64,000 bases of DNA, taken from Eledone cirrhosa. Its lineage: Eukaryota. Every line of letters begins with the position of its first letter. The stretch's first letter is position 1. The stretch is from positions 327,236,001 to 327,300,000 of the forward strand of contig OZ024741.1 in NCBI GenBank assembly GCA_964016885.1, written 5' to 3'. Below are positions 1 to 12,964 of this stretch, piece by piece. The notes under the pieces were generated by a model that had not been told where the DNA came from, ran no database searches, and was given only the letters and a program-made list of their open reading frames with translations. Both the position numbers and the translations under genes were made by a program.

Positions 1-480
1 AAACAACAACTACAACGACACTAAGAAACAAATCCTGAACATCTATCAATCTGAGAGCATTCAGCTTCCGTTATAACGAGGAGCTGTCGTAATTTACAAC
101 GAGGCCTCTCCAGGACTAAACAAAGCAGAATACTTCGAGCGGGAAAGTGAGAGGAAAATGTTTGAACACTAGATAAAGGACGAATCACCAACAATATTAG
201 ACTTTTGTTTTTTTAAATTGATCTGGAAACTATCAGAGGTAAAAATGTTGACATTAACAGAATTTTAAATCAGATCGCTGTATCGAATATTGCAATAGGC
301 TTTAAATGCCAACGCTTTAACTACTAAGCCAATATTGCACCTTAGAAACATGAAGAGAAGTATTTTCAATATAAATAGCGACAACAAAAGGAAAATAAAT
401 CTAGCACTCTTGTTGTAAATATGAAAAGTGGGCTTGCAGCAGAATATGAAAAATTATATATATATATATAAATTATATAT

Positions 481-1108
481 AAAATTCCTAGAGCTCTTAG
501 ATAAACATTTCCCTAGAACACATAGATACTATAACATCTTTAATAGAAACTGTGTCAAAATTAGCTTCTCCTGCGGTCCCCCTATTAAATCCTATATCAT
601 CAACAAAAAATCACCTAGAGAACATCAAAATTGCTCCTGTAGAATCAAAAGTGAATGCCCATTGCACGGTAAATGCAACACCAAAGCCATTGTATATGCG
701 GCTAAAGTGACAACCATCAGCAACAACCAACCAGCCACCAGTGAATGATATGTGGGTATGACGCAAGACAAATTCAAAACGCATTATTACTCATATGTCG
801 CATCCTTTCGACATCCAGAAAAAATATTTACAACAGCTCTGGCTAGCAGAATATGGGATTTGAAAGACCAAGGTATCCAATATAAATTGGATTGGTCAAT
901 TTTGAACCAATCTAAAGAATATGCAAGAGGAACAAGAAAATGCACGCTCTGCATAAATGAAAAATATTGGATTTTGCAAAACCTTAAATCACCAAAGTTC
1001 TGCCTAAACACAAAGACAGAAATTTTCACCAGTTGCCCACACATGAAATCACACCTGCTTTCCAGCTCATATAAACTTAACACACTTTCAGATACTTATC
1101 CTCCATAA
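481..1108 (+). mobile_element. Penelope-like element, C-terminal GIY-YIG endonuclease fragment (5'-truncated, internal stop at 746-748)
   Basis: ORFs 428-748 and 752-1108 are in frame: KFLELLDKHFP..IFNRNCVKISFSC, CSC..CPLHGKC..IVY..YVGMT..FK, CTLCINEK..LNTKTEIFTSCPH. This is the typical PLE linker plus GIY-YIG tail. Confidence 0.88.
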
Positions 1109-2564
1109 GCTCTTATTATTCTCTTTAAGACTACCCTTTCTGATTTACTTTCATTTTTAACCTTATTATTAATTTCATTTTTATTTTCATTTTTATTTTT
1201 ATTTTTATTTTTATTTTTATTTTTACTTCACATCCACCACTACCCCCCCCCCTCCTTTTATTCTCCGATTCACTTACCTGATATCTTCACTTTCCACTTT
1301 TTACTTCCCTATTTTCTTCACTATCTTCTTAAACAGTCACTTGCGTTTTCCACTCCAGATATTTTCTGTTATTTCGCACCCAATTTTATATTTTTATATT
1401 TGTACTCACTTATTCACAAGGCTATTTTTACACCCTGTATCTATGTGTCTGAGCGTCTTTATGTGTGTGTACTTTCTGTATATGTACACGAACGCCTCCG
1501 TATGTGCGCGCGCGTGCGTGTATATATATATATGTGTATGTGTGTGTTTATATCTGTGTTTTTACATCTATGTTTTTTTACATTCTCATTTTTATGTGTG
1601 TGCATGTAAGCGGGTCAACGTGCGTGAGTGTATGTATGTGTGTGTGTGTGTGTGTACGTACTGAATGTATGGATGTGTAAGTGTGCGTATGTATATATGT
1701 ATGTATGTGTATGTGTGTATACAGTTGCGTACGTACGCGTGATTAGATATACATGGGGCGAGGTGTATGTATATATGTGCATCCTGTGTGCGTATGTGTA
1801 CTTGCATACGCCTTTCTTTGCACGTTTTGCGTGGATATATATATTTTTATACATATACGTTTCTTATAGATATATGTGTGTATGTACGCGTCTACCTTGT
1901 TTGTTTTCTTTTCTTTACTTTGCAATTTTTTCTTTCTAAATTATTGTTCCATTTTTATAAATATAACGAGAATGATACTTTCTTTTTACTATTACAGTCC
2001 CTTACCTCTTTTTCTACCACATATAAGTGTACGCGCGTGTGTGTGTGTTTATACGCGTGCCTTCATATTCTTATAATGTATCTAATATCCTGTTTTTCTG
2101 TATACCTGTCAACCGGACACTCATATCATGTCTGTGTCTGTAGTTACAGATACACAGATATATTCGCCCTCATACATATATTTACGCACACATTTTCACT
2201 ATACACACACATTTGTACATACATATGTACATCTGTGAGTGTATATACATACATATACACACACCTAACTATATTTCTTAAAATGTTTTTAGATATTTCA
2301 TATGTATATGGTATTACCTTTATCTATATTTATTTTTTTTTTTTTGCATTTCTTGAGGAGACTTTCCAAATATTTAGCTGTTTTATATTGCCTCGTCCGA
2401 CGAACGAATGAAGACGTTTCTTTCGTATTCGCCTTATTCGGGAAACCTCTTGTAATGAGGTAATTATATTGTATTGTTTTTTATACATTAAATTTTGCTC
2501 TGATACTTACATAGAGCACTCTTCACTCCTATGACTTTTTCTGTTTTCAACAGAAACTTCAATA

Positions 2565-2566
<2 letters not shown>
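1109..2566 (+). mobile_element. Probable 3' UTR/pLTR of the upstream Penelope-like element (TG/TA-rich, degenerate hammerhead 3' half)
   Basis: Directly follows the EN stop. Contains GAAA-CCTC-loop-GAGG-TA at ~2442-2462. Same layout as the 59.9-63.8 kb element and ends at a (TA)n tract. Confidence 0.45.
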
Positions 2567-2630
<64 letters not shown>

Positions 2631-3230
2631 TATTTCGTTTCTGAATTTGTTTAGCAAGATTCTTTACCTGAAAACGTGTGTTGAAACCGACATTGTTATA
2701 CTTTGGGAGGGTCATGTTGCCAATAAGAAACACACGCACCAGAAGCTTTCACTTCAATTTATTATAATAAATTTATAAATTTTCGGTTGGTTGGTTGGTT
2801 CCACAACCAGATGATTGTTTATACATTGTCAAAGTTCTTTCGTCACACATTATGTGACCTCTTCAGTGACTGGGGATTCTTTTCTTCGTTTTTGTGCCTC
2901 TCCTTTGTTCTGTCCTACGCCATCTTGTTTTTTGTTAGCTGTCGAGTCACTGCATCCTTCAAAACCTCCATGGAACAATCTCCCTGAGATGGCGTAGGAC
3001 AGAACAAAGGAGAAGCACAAAAACAAAGAAAAGAATCCCCAATCACTGAAGAGGTCACAGAATGTGTGACAAAAGAACTTTGACAATATATAAACAATCA
3101 TCTGGTTGTGCAACAAACCGACCAACCGGAAATTTATAAATTCCTAAATTTATAAACTTATTATAATAAATTGAAGTGAAAGCAACTGGTGCGTGTGTTT
3201 CTTATTGGCACCATGATCCTCCCAAAGTAT

Positions 3231-3237
<7 letters not shown>
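2631..3237. mobile_element. Inverted pair of Penelope pLTR fragments (left arm minus 2631-2930, right arm plus 2986-3237), same family as 34770-35085
   Basis: Arms are reverse complements, match the sequence downstream of the GIY-YIG ORF at 34232-34630, and are flanked by (TA)n on both sides. Confidence 0.85.
2828..2870 (-). ncRNA. Minimal type I hammerhead ribozyme motif
   Basis: Minus strand: GTCA CTGAAGA G GTCAC-ataatgt-GTGAC GAAA G-aa-C TT TGAC (stem I GTCA/TGAC). Confidence 0.6.
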
Positions 3238-3326
<89 letters not shown>

Positions 3327-3665
3327 GGACCTTTTGAAGGATGCAGTGTCTCGACAGCTAACAACTGATGCAGGGAGCTTGTTCCATGCTTCAGCAACTC
3401 TGAGCGTAAAAAAATGCTTACGAAAGTCATGGGAGCTGTGCTGTCTTCTGACATTGTTGGTATGCCCACGTGTGTTGGACACATGGAAATTAAAAAGGTA
3501 CTCAGGGTTGTTGTTGGGAAGATGGTTAATAAACTTGTGAGTGTTTACCGAGTCAGTTGCTAGATGTCGGAGCTTGATTGTATCCATGCCCAGGGAAGCA
3601 GGGCATTCAGAGTATGGTAGATGCCTGATGGAGGGTATTGGCTTGATTGCACGTCTCTGAACAGT
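3327..3665 (-). mobile_element. CR1-type LINE 3' fragment
   Basis: Translation [46 protein letters not shown] is the characteristic CR1 ORF2 C-terminus. Confidence 0.85.
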
Positions 3666-3981
3666 TTATAAATTTATATATATAATTGTTTCTACTTTTG
3701 GCACATGGTGTGTATATATGTATATTTATAAATATGTGTGCATATATGTATATATATATTTATGTATGCGTATCTATATATATATATATGTATATATATA
3801 TACATATATATATATAAATGTATCTGTATGTACATATGTGTATATGTATATATGTATATATATATATGTATATATATATATGTATACATATATATATACA
3901 TATATATGTATGTATATATGTGTATATGTATGTATATATGTATGTATGTATATGTGTATGTATGTATGTATATATATATAT

Positions 3982-4587
3982 CAGGTCACCAGTTGGTGCT
4001 ACTGGTAACATGTATCCCAGTACAATCTTTTCCCATGTTCGGGTCGTTGGCGACTAAACTGGCAACCCCACCAAGGTTTCTTGGTGAGGAGGGTGACTTT
4101 GGACATCCTGCAGGACTAAAAACAAAACCTGTCAAAGGGCAAAGGAGCTCTTAAGAGTCAATGGCCATCTAAAATCACCGGGAGAGATGACCGCTTAGCC
4201 TTTGTAAAAAGCAGAATTCTAGAAGGAAAACTCTGATATAACACCTGCAATCCTGATGGTATCCAATGATGTTGACTTGTTCTTCTTTTTGGTAAATATC
4301 ATATTGGTTAAGCGAGTGGGACTGGCATCGTGCAGTGCCTTTGCTCACTATAAATCCTTCACGGCACAGGCATTGTTATATATCAGAGATCTCTCTGCAC
4401 TTGTCGTCACATGGTACCATGGGCCCAGCTCTATGTGTCAATAATTGTCACAAGTGTAGTGTTTGTACCAAAGTTTTCAAGTCGCTGGCTGGACTAAAAA
4501 GTCACACTTGTTCAGCGCATCGGTAGGGGTTCTCCTACATGGATATAAAGTAGTGGCTGTACTCGAAAACGAGTTGGCAGCCACCAT
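3982..4587 (+). mobile_element. ~600-bp non-autonomous bipartite RTE-derived element, copy 1
   Basis: Close copies at 36591-37200 and 45301-45906. Has an RTE-5'UTR-like TCTAG(G)AGAAGGAAAACTCTGA motif and an RTE C-terminal-like CSVCTKVFKSLAGLKSH remnant. Confidence 0.7.
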
Positions 4588-4649
4588 ATATATATTAAAT
4601 TACAAAATATGAGGAAATAATAGATATATATATCTTTTTCTTCAAAATA

Positions 4650-4711
4650 TATATATGTATATATAAATGTGTGTATATATATATATCTATATCTATATAT
4701 ATGTATATATA

Positions 4712-4743
<32 letters not shown>

Positions 4744-4834
4744 CATATACATATGCATATATACATATGTATATATATATATACATATATATATATATAC
4801 ATATGTATATATATATATATACATATATATATAC

Positions 4835-4882
<48 letters not shown>

Positions 4883-4900
4883 ATATATATATATATATAT

Positions 4901-4943
<43 letters not shown>

Positions 4944-4976
4944 TATATATACATATATATATACATATATATATAC

Positions 4977-5007
<31 letters not shown>

Positions 5008-5050
5008 CGCACACATATATACATATATATACACACACACATATATATAT
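4650..5050. repeat. Compound (TA)n/(CATA) microsatellite
   Basis: Direct reading. Confidence 0.95.
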
Positions 5051-5419
5051 TAAATTTGAAAGCACTATAAATTAAACGAAAGAATCAGTCAGAAAATATA
5101 TTAAAAAAACTCAGAATAGATATGTAACAATAGAAACATTGAATTGTTGTATTAATAAACACAAACTTAATTAAGAAATCGTGAACAAATATGCGAAGGA
5201 AAATTTTCCAAGATTCATATTGACATTATAAGAAATATAAACATTCCATGGATTGCAATATAATTGATAGAAATAGAAATATTAGAAGCAGTCAAGTAGA
5301 TATAAATATCTCGAAATATGTTACATTTGGAGCCTATTTTTTCTTTCCTTGTAACCAATGCAGAAACTGAATCTTTTAGAATTATCAATATCAAGTAGTT
5401 TCATACATAAATTAGAGGG

Positions 5420-5938
5420 TGGGTGGAAAGAAACACTTTATTGAAAATTTCTTATTACCTTTGGTCTACTATGTCCATTTGGGACAACACCAATAACCGC
5501 ATATTCATGCAAGGTGAGGTCCCTCCTCATTTTGCCCGCACTGCCCGCGAGTGGCTTGATGTCCAATTCCTAAGATGCTGGCTGTGTTGTCGACGTTCAC
5601 ATGAATGGCTAACAAGGATCTCAATCCTAGCGCCATGCGATTTGTTTATGCGGGGTTGGGCAAAGGAAGTATTTCATAACCCAAAATCCAAAATTCTGAC
5701 TCTCAGTATTGGAGGAACGAATTCGTCATATTCTGACGAACATACCACCTGAGTTCTTAACGAAGTCAGTCGAGGATAAACCAACAAGATTGCAAACACT
5801 GGCGGACAACCCTAGTGCCTATGTAAAACTGTACCACCCTATTGTATTTCTACAATGATACAGTTTAAAATAAAACATGTTTTAGGAAAATCGATCAATA
5901 ATTACTAAAGTTATAAACAATTATTCTCTAACCCTGTA
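5420..5938 (+). mobile_element. Decayed Tc1/mariner-superfamily transposase 3' fragment with probable right TIR
   Basis: IFMQGEVPPHF..REWLD..WLTRISILAPCDLFMRGWAK is a degenerate FMQDGAPPH..WPPRSPDLTPCDFFLWG. Ends in ...ACCCTG-TA. Confidence 0.75.
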
Positions 5939-6767
5939 GTTTCATTTCCTATACAAATCCCAGAGTGTTAAGTGTGCCTGTAGACCTTGTAGTTTCTTAA
6001 CTCTAAACCCATCCACTACAGACTGTAACAATCGCTGCACCTGCAATGGCGGCCAATAGTTCACTCTATTAACGCAACAGTACATACATATTCAGATCCA
6101 GTACAACTATCAAGGCAGAAGAGTCTTAAGTGTTAACTTACAAAACACCTTCGACATATGCTCTCTACACCCTTAGCACACTGATGCTTCCTTGGAACAG
6201 CTAAGATAATTGAAGAGGGGCGTTTACAACTGTGATGACTGACCTTGGGTTTCCAGCTCGTACAATACACTCACAACTCCTCTCGACTTATCAAGGAAAT
6301 CAGGATGAATTTTCGAATTATCGAGCAAAATGAAAATGCGAAAGTAGTTCAGCACTTCGCTTGCACGAAGGCTCACAGCAAGAGACGCCTCCTGCGTTCT
6401 TGCAAAAAACTCGCATGTGCACGAATTACATATCTCCACACAAGACATTTTTATCTCCCTTACGTCATTACTTGCCCCCCCCCCCCCCCCCAATATATAT
6501 TGGATACTTTTTCGTATATGCATAAATGACGGTGTATGTACGATTTGAATGGGTTTGATTTTGGTTGTATCTGCTTAAGCACGACTGATCTATGGTAAAT
6601 AACAACTATAAACACGGTAAAGATAATTTGAATGGAAAACTGACTCCTGTTGGATTTGAACTTTAATGAAGATGATTTATCGTAATATAGATTTCTAATT
6701 TATGTACATGACCAACTTTTGGGGAAGGGCAAATTTGATTAAATTAACCCCAGTACTCGACTGTGGA

Positions 6768-7030
6768 TACGCGTGGCCTAGTTGTAAGGGCATTGGATAT
6801 ACCGATCATAATACCGTGGGTTTGATTCCTTGAGTGTGGTGTTCTTGAGGAAAACACATCATATCATATTACTCGAGTATTCGCTGCTGCAAATGTGTAC
6901 CAGCTATAGCTGGAGGTTTCAGCTTGCATTGCCCTGTCCAGGAAGAAGTTTTGTACTCGCAATTTCTTCACAACAAGGAAACCGGGATAAGCAGTGGCAT
7001 AGGGAACCGCTGGGCACGAGACAGTCTTTA
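6768..7030 (+). mobile_element. Diverged tRNA-derived SINE (second family)
   Basis: Box A-like GTGGCCTAGTTGTAAGG and box B-like GGTTTGATTCC. Similar heads at 56440 and 56996. Confidence 0.5.
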
Positions 7031-7316
7031 GATATTTAGAGTACATGACGTGTATTTTAAGTTATCGACCTTGAAATGATGAAGTGCAAAGTTGATCTCG
7101 GCAAAATTTGAACTCAGAAATTTATAGCCAAAACAAATAGTCATATTTGTCATATTCAAATACAATTTATTGACTGCTCCGTTATTTCTAGATTACCTCA
7201 TTTCCTCGCATATAAACCAAGATAGGATATAAATATTATTATGTTTTCCTCTTCAATCAAATATAATTTTGGTTTCTATAATCTCCTTCACTTTTATTAA
7301 AATCAATAAATTACAC

Positions 7317-7377
<61 letters not shown>

Positions 7378-8374
7378 TTGTGTATGTGTGTATGTGTGTG
7401 TGTATATATATTCATATAAATGTATATACATAATATATATATATATCCCAAGGGAATGGGATGATTGAATATTGGATGAATGATTATAAATATATTGGCG
7501 GATCAGATGAATTTCAATGAAGCATTTTCTTTCAAACCGTACATGGCTTGAGGATCTTTGACATCTAACAGTACATATGCAACATTAATGAACATAATTT
7601 TCATATCTTATCCGGACGTGCTTTCACATATACCTTACAATCAATATGAATATTTTACGTTATTTTGGTCACGACTTAGTCAGAGAAATGAAGGCACGTG
7701 GATTAGTGATTACTGTGTGGGTGGGCTGACGATCATAAATTGATAACTTTATTTCCCGATCAAGATTTTGTGTCATGTTCCTGACCAAATCAATATATTT
7801 CTCGTTGTTCCGCGGTGAAAATAATATGATCCAACATTAGTAGCCAAGGGTTACTCTTCAAAAACGGAGGTTCTGTTTAGCGGGTAGAATGTTGTCCCCT
7901 TAGTTGATTAATGCCAATGAATGACCATTTCGGTTTGTGGGGAGGAGTGAAAAATGTAGCTTTTCTAGTGAGACAAGAAGGCAAACCCGCCAATACCTTC
8001 ATTCCTGGCCGCTAAAATTGGTGGGGCAGATGAAGTAATATATCTGTTATTATATTTTATATTTTCTACATTAAACAATACATGTAAACTTCAGGTACTC
8101 TCTGCCATCTACCAATAGAATACCTGACTAGTTCTCTATAATTAATTTGTTCTGCAGATGGTATGAAAATAACTATTAGAATATGTTTGTGTAAAGCATC
8201 AAATCTACCTTCTGACAAAGGTGTTGAGCTCTTCCATATGCGCTGACATAATATGGTAGATTTAGCATGCATCGGCTGAACACACTAAGTCGAATATATA
8301 TATATATAATAACCTGTGTATTTGCTGGCATTGGCGTACATCTGTGCGCTTATGTTAGTAGATATATTAAATTA

Positions 8375-8419
<45 letters not shown>

Positions 8420-8553
8420 GATTTCCTGATGATTTCTCCCAAAGGAAACAGTTCTAGTCTTGTAGAAACCTTTTCTATATTAAATATTTATACTCTGCTT
8501 TGTATTGAGTACCTTACTTACTGTGGTTACCCACGATTGAACCTGGGATAAAC
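8420..8553 (+). mobile_element. Solo ~135-bp hammerhead-bearing Penelope pLTR tail
   Basis: TTTC CTGATGA..GAAA CAG..TTG TA GAAA plus a tail shared with 33608, 44341, 58838 and 59087. (TA)n on both sides. Confidence 0.75.
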
Positions 8554-8554
8554 T

Positions 8555-8580
<26 letters not shown>

Positions 8581-8586
<6 letters not shown>

Positions 8587-9021
8587 TATGTCTGAAGAAC
8601 TGGCAGATAACATTTACTTAATTTTCCGTCTTAGTCCGGAGAAATTAACTAAATAAATAATCAATTAAATGGAGCCAAGTTTAAAATGTTAGTTTGAAGA
8701 AATAATAGATAAATGTTTACCAATGCTCCTTTAGCCCCGACTGTCGACAATTTCGCTTCTACTTTTTGAAGATGTATAATCGCTTCATTATCCATGAGGT
8801 TTCAAGCTTATCAAGAGACTCCCTCAATCAGGACCGATTTTTTTTCCAGATTGATTGCTGCCAGTAACAAATTTGAATATTGGTAAACATTTACCTAATA
8901 TTTCTTCAAGCTTACATTTTAAACTTAGCTCCGTTTAATTGATTATTTATTTAGTTAATTTCTCCGGCCTAAGTAGAAAAATTAGGTAAATATTATCTAC
9001 CCGTTCTTCAAACTTATAATT
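8581..9021. repeat. Fold-back element (~145-bp inverted arms 8581-8724 / 8879-9021), probable pLTR remnant
   Basis: Arms are imperfect reverse complements. Spacer minus strand has CTGATTGA..GAAACCTC, a degenerate hammerhead-like sequence. Confidence 0.65.
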
Positions 9022-9143
9022 TTATATAGCTCTGATTAATGATTATTTATTTAATTAATTCATTCATTGAGCCGCATAGTTGAAGGTGAAGTACACTCAT
9101 ATGTATCTATGCTCATGTTTAAATATATATGTGTTCCTTCTAA

Positions 9144-9170
<27 letters not shown>

Positions 9171-9174
<4 letters not shown>

Positions 9175-9362
9175 ATTGTGTGTACGTTAGGCACAAGGCC
9201 AGCAATTACCCAGTACATTACTGGTACTTTATTTTATCGACCCCGTAAGGATGAAAGGCAAAGTTAACCTCGGCGTGATTTGAACTCAGAATGGCAAGGG
9301 CCGTAACTCTATGCGTCAAAGCATGGCGTCCGACCCTCTACCGATACTGACAATCCACCGCC
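9171..9362 (-). mobile_element. tRNA-derived SINE (major family)
   Basis: Minus strand GGCGGTGGATTG..GAGTTCAAATC (box B)..CTTTGCCTTTCATCCTTACGGGGTCGATAAAATAAAGTACCAG..GGCCTTGTGCC. Many copies in the window. Confidence 0.85.
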
Positions 9363-9524
9363 TCTATATATATATATATAATGTCTCCCAAATGCATAAA
9401 GGTTATATTTTATTTGGGTGTGCATGCATGTGTTTTTTTTAGAGAAATAGATGAAAATGTTGATTACGACGAGATTTTCAATTTAATTTATCTCTCCAGC
9501 TCTCTCACTATTTCTTTCTTTCTT

Positions 9525-9558
<34 letters not shown>

Positions 9559-9563
9559 GAGAG

Positions 9564-9606
<43 letters not shown>

Positions 9607-9673
9607 AAGAAAGAAATAGTGAGAGAGCTGGAGAGATAAATTAAATTGAAAATCTTGTCGTAATCAACATTTT

Positions 9674-9856
9674 GGTGGTGGATTGGCAGTATTGGTAGAG
9701 GGTCCGACGCCATGCTTTCCAGCATAGTTATGTCCCTTTATGATCTGAGTTCAAATCCCGCCGAGGTTGACTTTGCCTTTCATCCTTACGGGGTCGATAA
9801 AATAAAGTACCAGTAATGCACTGGGTAATTGCTGGCCTTGTGCCTAAAGTAGAAAC

Positions 9857-9861
<5 letters not shown>
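9674..9861 (+). mobile_element. tRNA-derived SINE (major family)
   Basis: Same head, box B GAGTTCAAATCC, body and tail as the other copies. Confidence 0.85.
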
Positions 9862-9928
<67 letters not shown>

Positions 9929-10214
9929 TGAGAGAGCTGGAGAGATCAATTAAATTGAAAATCCTTTCGTAATCAACATTTTCATCTATTTCTCTAAAAA
10001 AAACACATACATGCACACCCAAATAAAATATAATCTTTATGCATTTGGGAGACATTTATATCCTCATTAAAAGATATCTACTCGTACGATTGCTTATACA
10101 AAGCAATTTTACTATACCAGTGATTTATATACAAATCAGTGTGTAAAATAGAGTTAAACCGATCAGATTAGCATACGCAACTCTCAGAAATATGAATACG
10201 TAAATATTTTTTTA

Positions 10215-11120
10215 TACTTTGGCAAAAACCAAGTCATTTGAACACAAAGATAAAGTCGATAAAAACGATCCTACTGTACAACTGGCACTTTATTTCATTG
10301 ACCCCCGTAAGGATGTAAGCCAAACCTAATATCGGCGGGATTGAACTCAGAATGAAAAGTGCCAAAAAGCGCGTTCTCCAACTCTCTGACAACTCTGTCA
10401 ATCCATGTCGTTGAATAAATTAATAATTGTTTCTACTTTTGGCATAAGGCCAGCAATTTTTCCAGTACATTACTGGTACTTTATTTTATCGACCCCGTAA
10501 GGATGAAAGGCAAAGTTAGCTTCGGCGGGATTTGAACTGAGATTGTAAAGGGACGTAACTATGCTGGAAATAATAATGGTTTCTGATTTAGGCACGTGGT
10601 ATACATATGTAGAGGAAGGAAATATCTATTAAATTGACCCCAGTGCGTTACTGGTACTTTATTTTATCGGCCCCACAAGGATGAACGGTAAAACAAACCT
10701 CAGCGGGATTTGAACTTAGAACGTAAAGAACTGTAGTTATATGCTGCGAATCATGTTGTCCTATGCACTACCAAAACTGCCAATGCAACGCCCTCGAATA
10801 ATTAAATATTTCTAAATTTGGCACAAGCACAGTAATGTGAAAGGAAAGCATAGTATCAGGTACTCGACCGATACTGCCAAGCCACCGCCCTTATAATAAT
10901 TGTTTCAACTTGAGGCACATGGCCAGCAATTTCAAGGGGAGGGGAAAGTTGATTGAACCGACCACAGCTCATTGCTGGTACTTTATTTTATCGACGGCGT
11001 AAGGATGAAAGGCAAAGCTAACCTCGGCGGGGTTTGAACTCAGAGAGTAAAATGCCGTAAGACTATGCTGCAAAAAGCATGATGTCGGATGCTCTACCAG
11101 TACTACCAATCCACAACCCT
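10215..11120 (-). mobile_element. Head-to-tail cluster of ~5 major-family SINE copies
   Basis: Repeated CTGGTACTTTATTTTATCG..GGATGAAAGGCAAAG..TGAACTCAGA units near 10280, 10470, 10650 and 10975, plus a partial unit. Confidence 0.8.
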
Positions 11121-11596
11121 AAATAAAGGATAATAAAAATAATAATGGTATATGCCAGAACCCACCGTGTATTAGAATTAGCTATCACCCGATGAGGAGA
11201 TAAAGATATCCAATATGTATAACATAATTGGTCTGTGTTTTCTGTGTACTGAGGAGTAGTATAAGATACTTACACATTATTCACAGCGATGCTGTCTAAT
11301 TAACAAGGAATTCTGTAGTTACATCTACATTAAATCTCCTATAAATCTTTTAATATACAAAATACACGATGTGTATAATAAAAATATTACATACATTCAT
11401 ACATGGATACATATATATATATATACATTCATACAAACATATAAATATACATAGGTGTGTAGGTGCTGGTGTGGTTGTTGGTAGGTTTTTGTATGGGTGT
11501 ATATAAATATATATATAGAGAGTGTGTGTGTGAGAGAGAGCCATATATATATATATTTATATATATAAATTGTGTTGTTATTTCTGTTCACTTTTT

Positions 11597-11690
<94 letters not shown>

Positions 11691-12039
11691 GGCTGCTAGG
11701 TAGATATTTTGTGTATATATCAATTTCATTTCGGAAGTCTGATTAATTTTACAAATGTAATCTTACTCAGTACTAAGATGTGGACTAGCTTTGGGAATTA
11801 GTAATTGATTAGTAAAAATTGAAAACGTTTTTTTATATTCTTTGTTAGTGCGTAAGATTCAAGAGAATACAATTTCATATATGTTTATACTTTTGTTAAA
11901 GACAACGGTTTGTTATGTTAGATTACGGTGATTGTTATTCTGCTTGTATGTATTTTTTTTTCTAATATTGGGAAAGATGTTCAACGTATTTCTTGTGTAA
12001 TTAAATGCCAAACAAGAAAAAAGTCTGCACGCACGCACG

Positions 12040-12113
<74 letters not shown>

Positions 12114-12408
12114 AGGTAAATTTCTTTTAGTCGTATGGAAGCCTCGACAATGCAAATGGGTAAAACTCCGGGTAACAAGATCCGGTGGTGAGAGAGATGT
12201 AAGTGGGTGTACGTTGAGATGCGTGGCGTGTATAAGACGTGTAGAGGAATGAAGGAAAGAGCATAAAGGATAAAATTAAAATAACAACATGAGAGAGAGT
12301 TACCTTGGGAGAGATTTAATTGTCCCTATATATTTCGGATTGCGAGACAGAGACGGGTAGTGAATATAGGAATTTGAGAGGAAATGTATAGAAATGTATA
12401 GATGAATT

Positions 12409-12468
<60 letters not shown>

Positions 12469-12505
12469 TATATATACATACATAGTGTATTATTATATTG
12501 AAAAG

Positions 12506-12543
<38 letters not shown>

Positions 12544-12964
12544 GATACATATAATTATTTCCCAAATTATACATGTACATGTAAGTAAAAATAGTGATAT
12601 ATAACTATAACGAATTAGAAAATGTGTGATACTAAGAGAGATGGAGAGAAAAAGAGAGAGAGAGAGAGAGGTGGGGAGATGAAAGTATACTGAGAAATGT
12701 GCCTGCTAGAAAGGAATATATAATTGCCTTTATTCACATCTTGAAATTATGCTTTTGATACCATTAAGCTATGCAAATACATAGATTATCATACGTAATT
12801 TACCATGTTTTTTTCGTAACTCTCCAGTGAGGGTTTAAGAACTCTAATTAGATGTCATGAATCTTTTGGCAGAATGTCTTCATATCTAGTTATTATGTTT
12901 CAAAACCATTTAGTAAATCTGGGTTCAAAAATCGTTGTTGACATTGTAATTAACGATTTCTATT

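Noticed and set aside
8066-8290. Possible small host exons on the minus strand (also 12141-12170 on plus)
   Set aside because: Only AG/GT dinucleotides and short open frames with no recognisable protein; RNA-seq is needed.
9674-9765. tRNA gene
   Set aside because: Box A/B-like motifs belong to SINE heads; no cloverleaf.
10215-11120. CRISPR-like regularly spaced repeats
   Set aside because: The units are ~200-bp SINE copies in eukaryotic DNA, with no unique spacers or cas genes.
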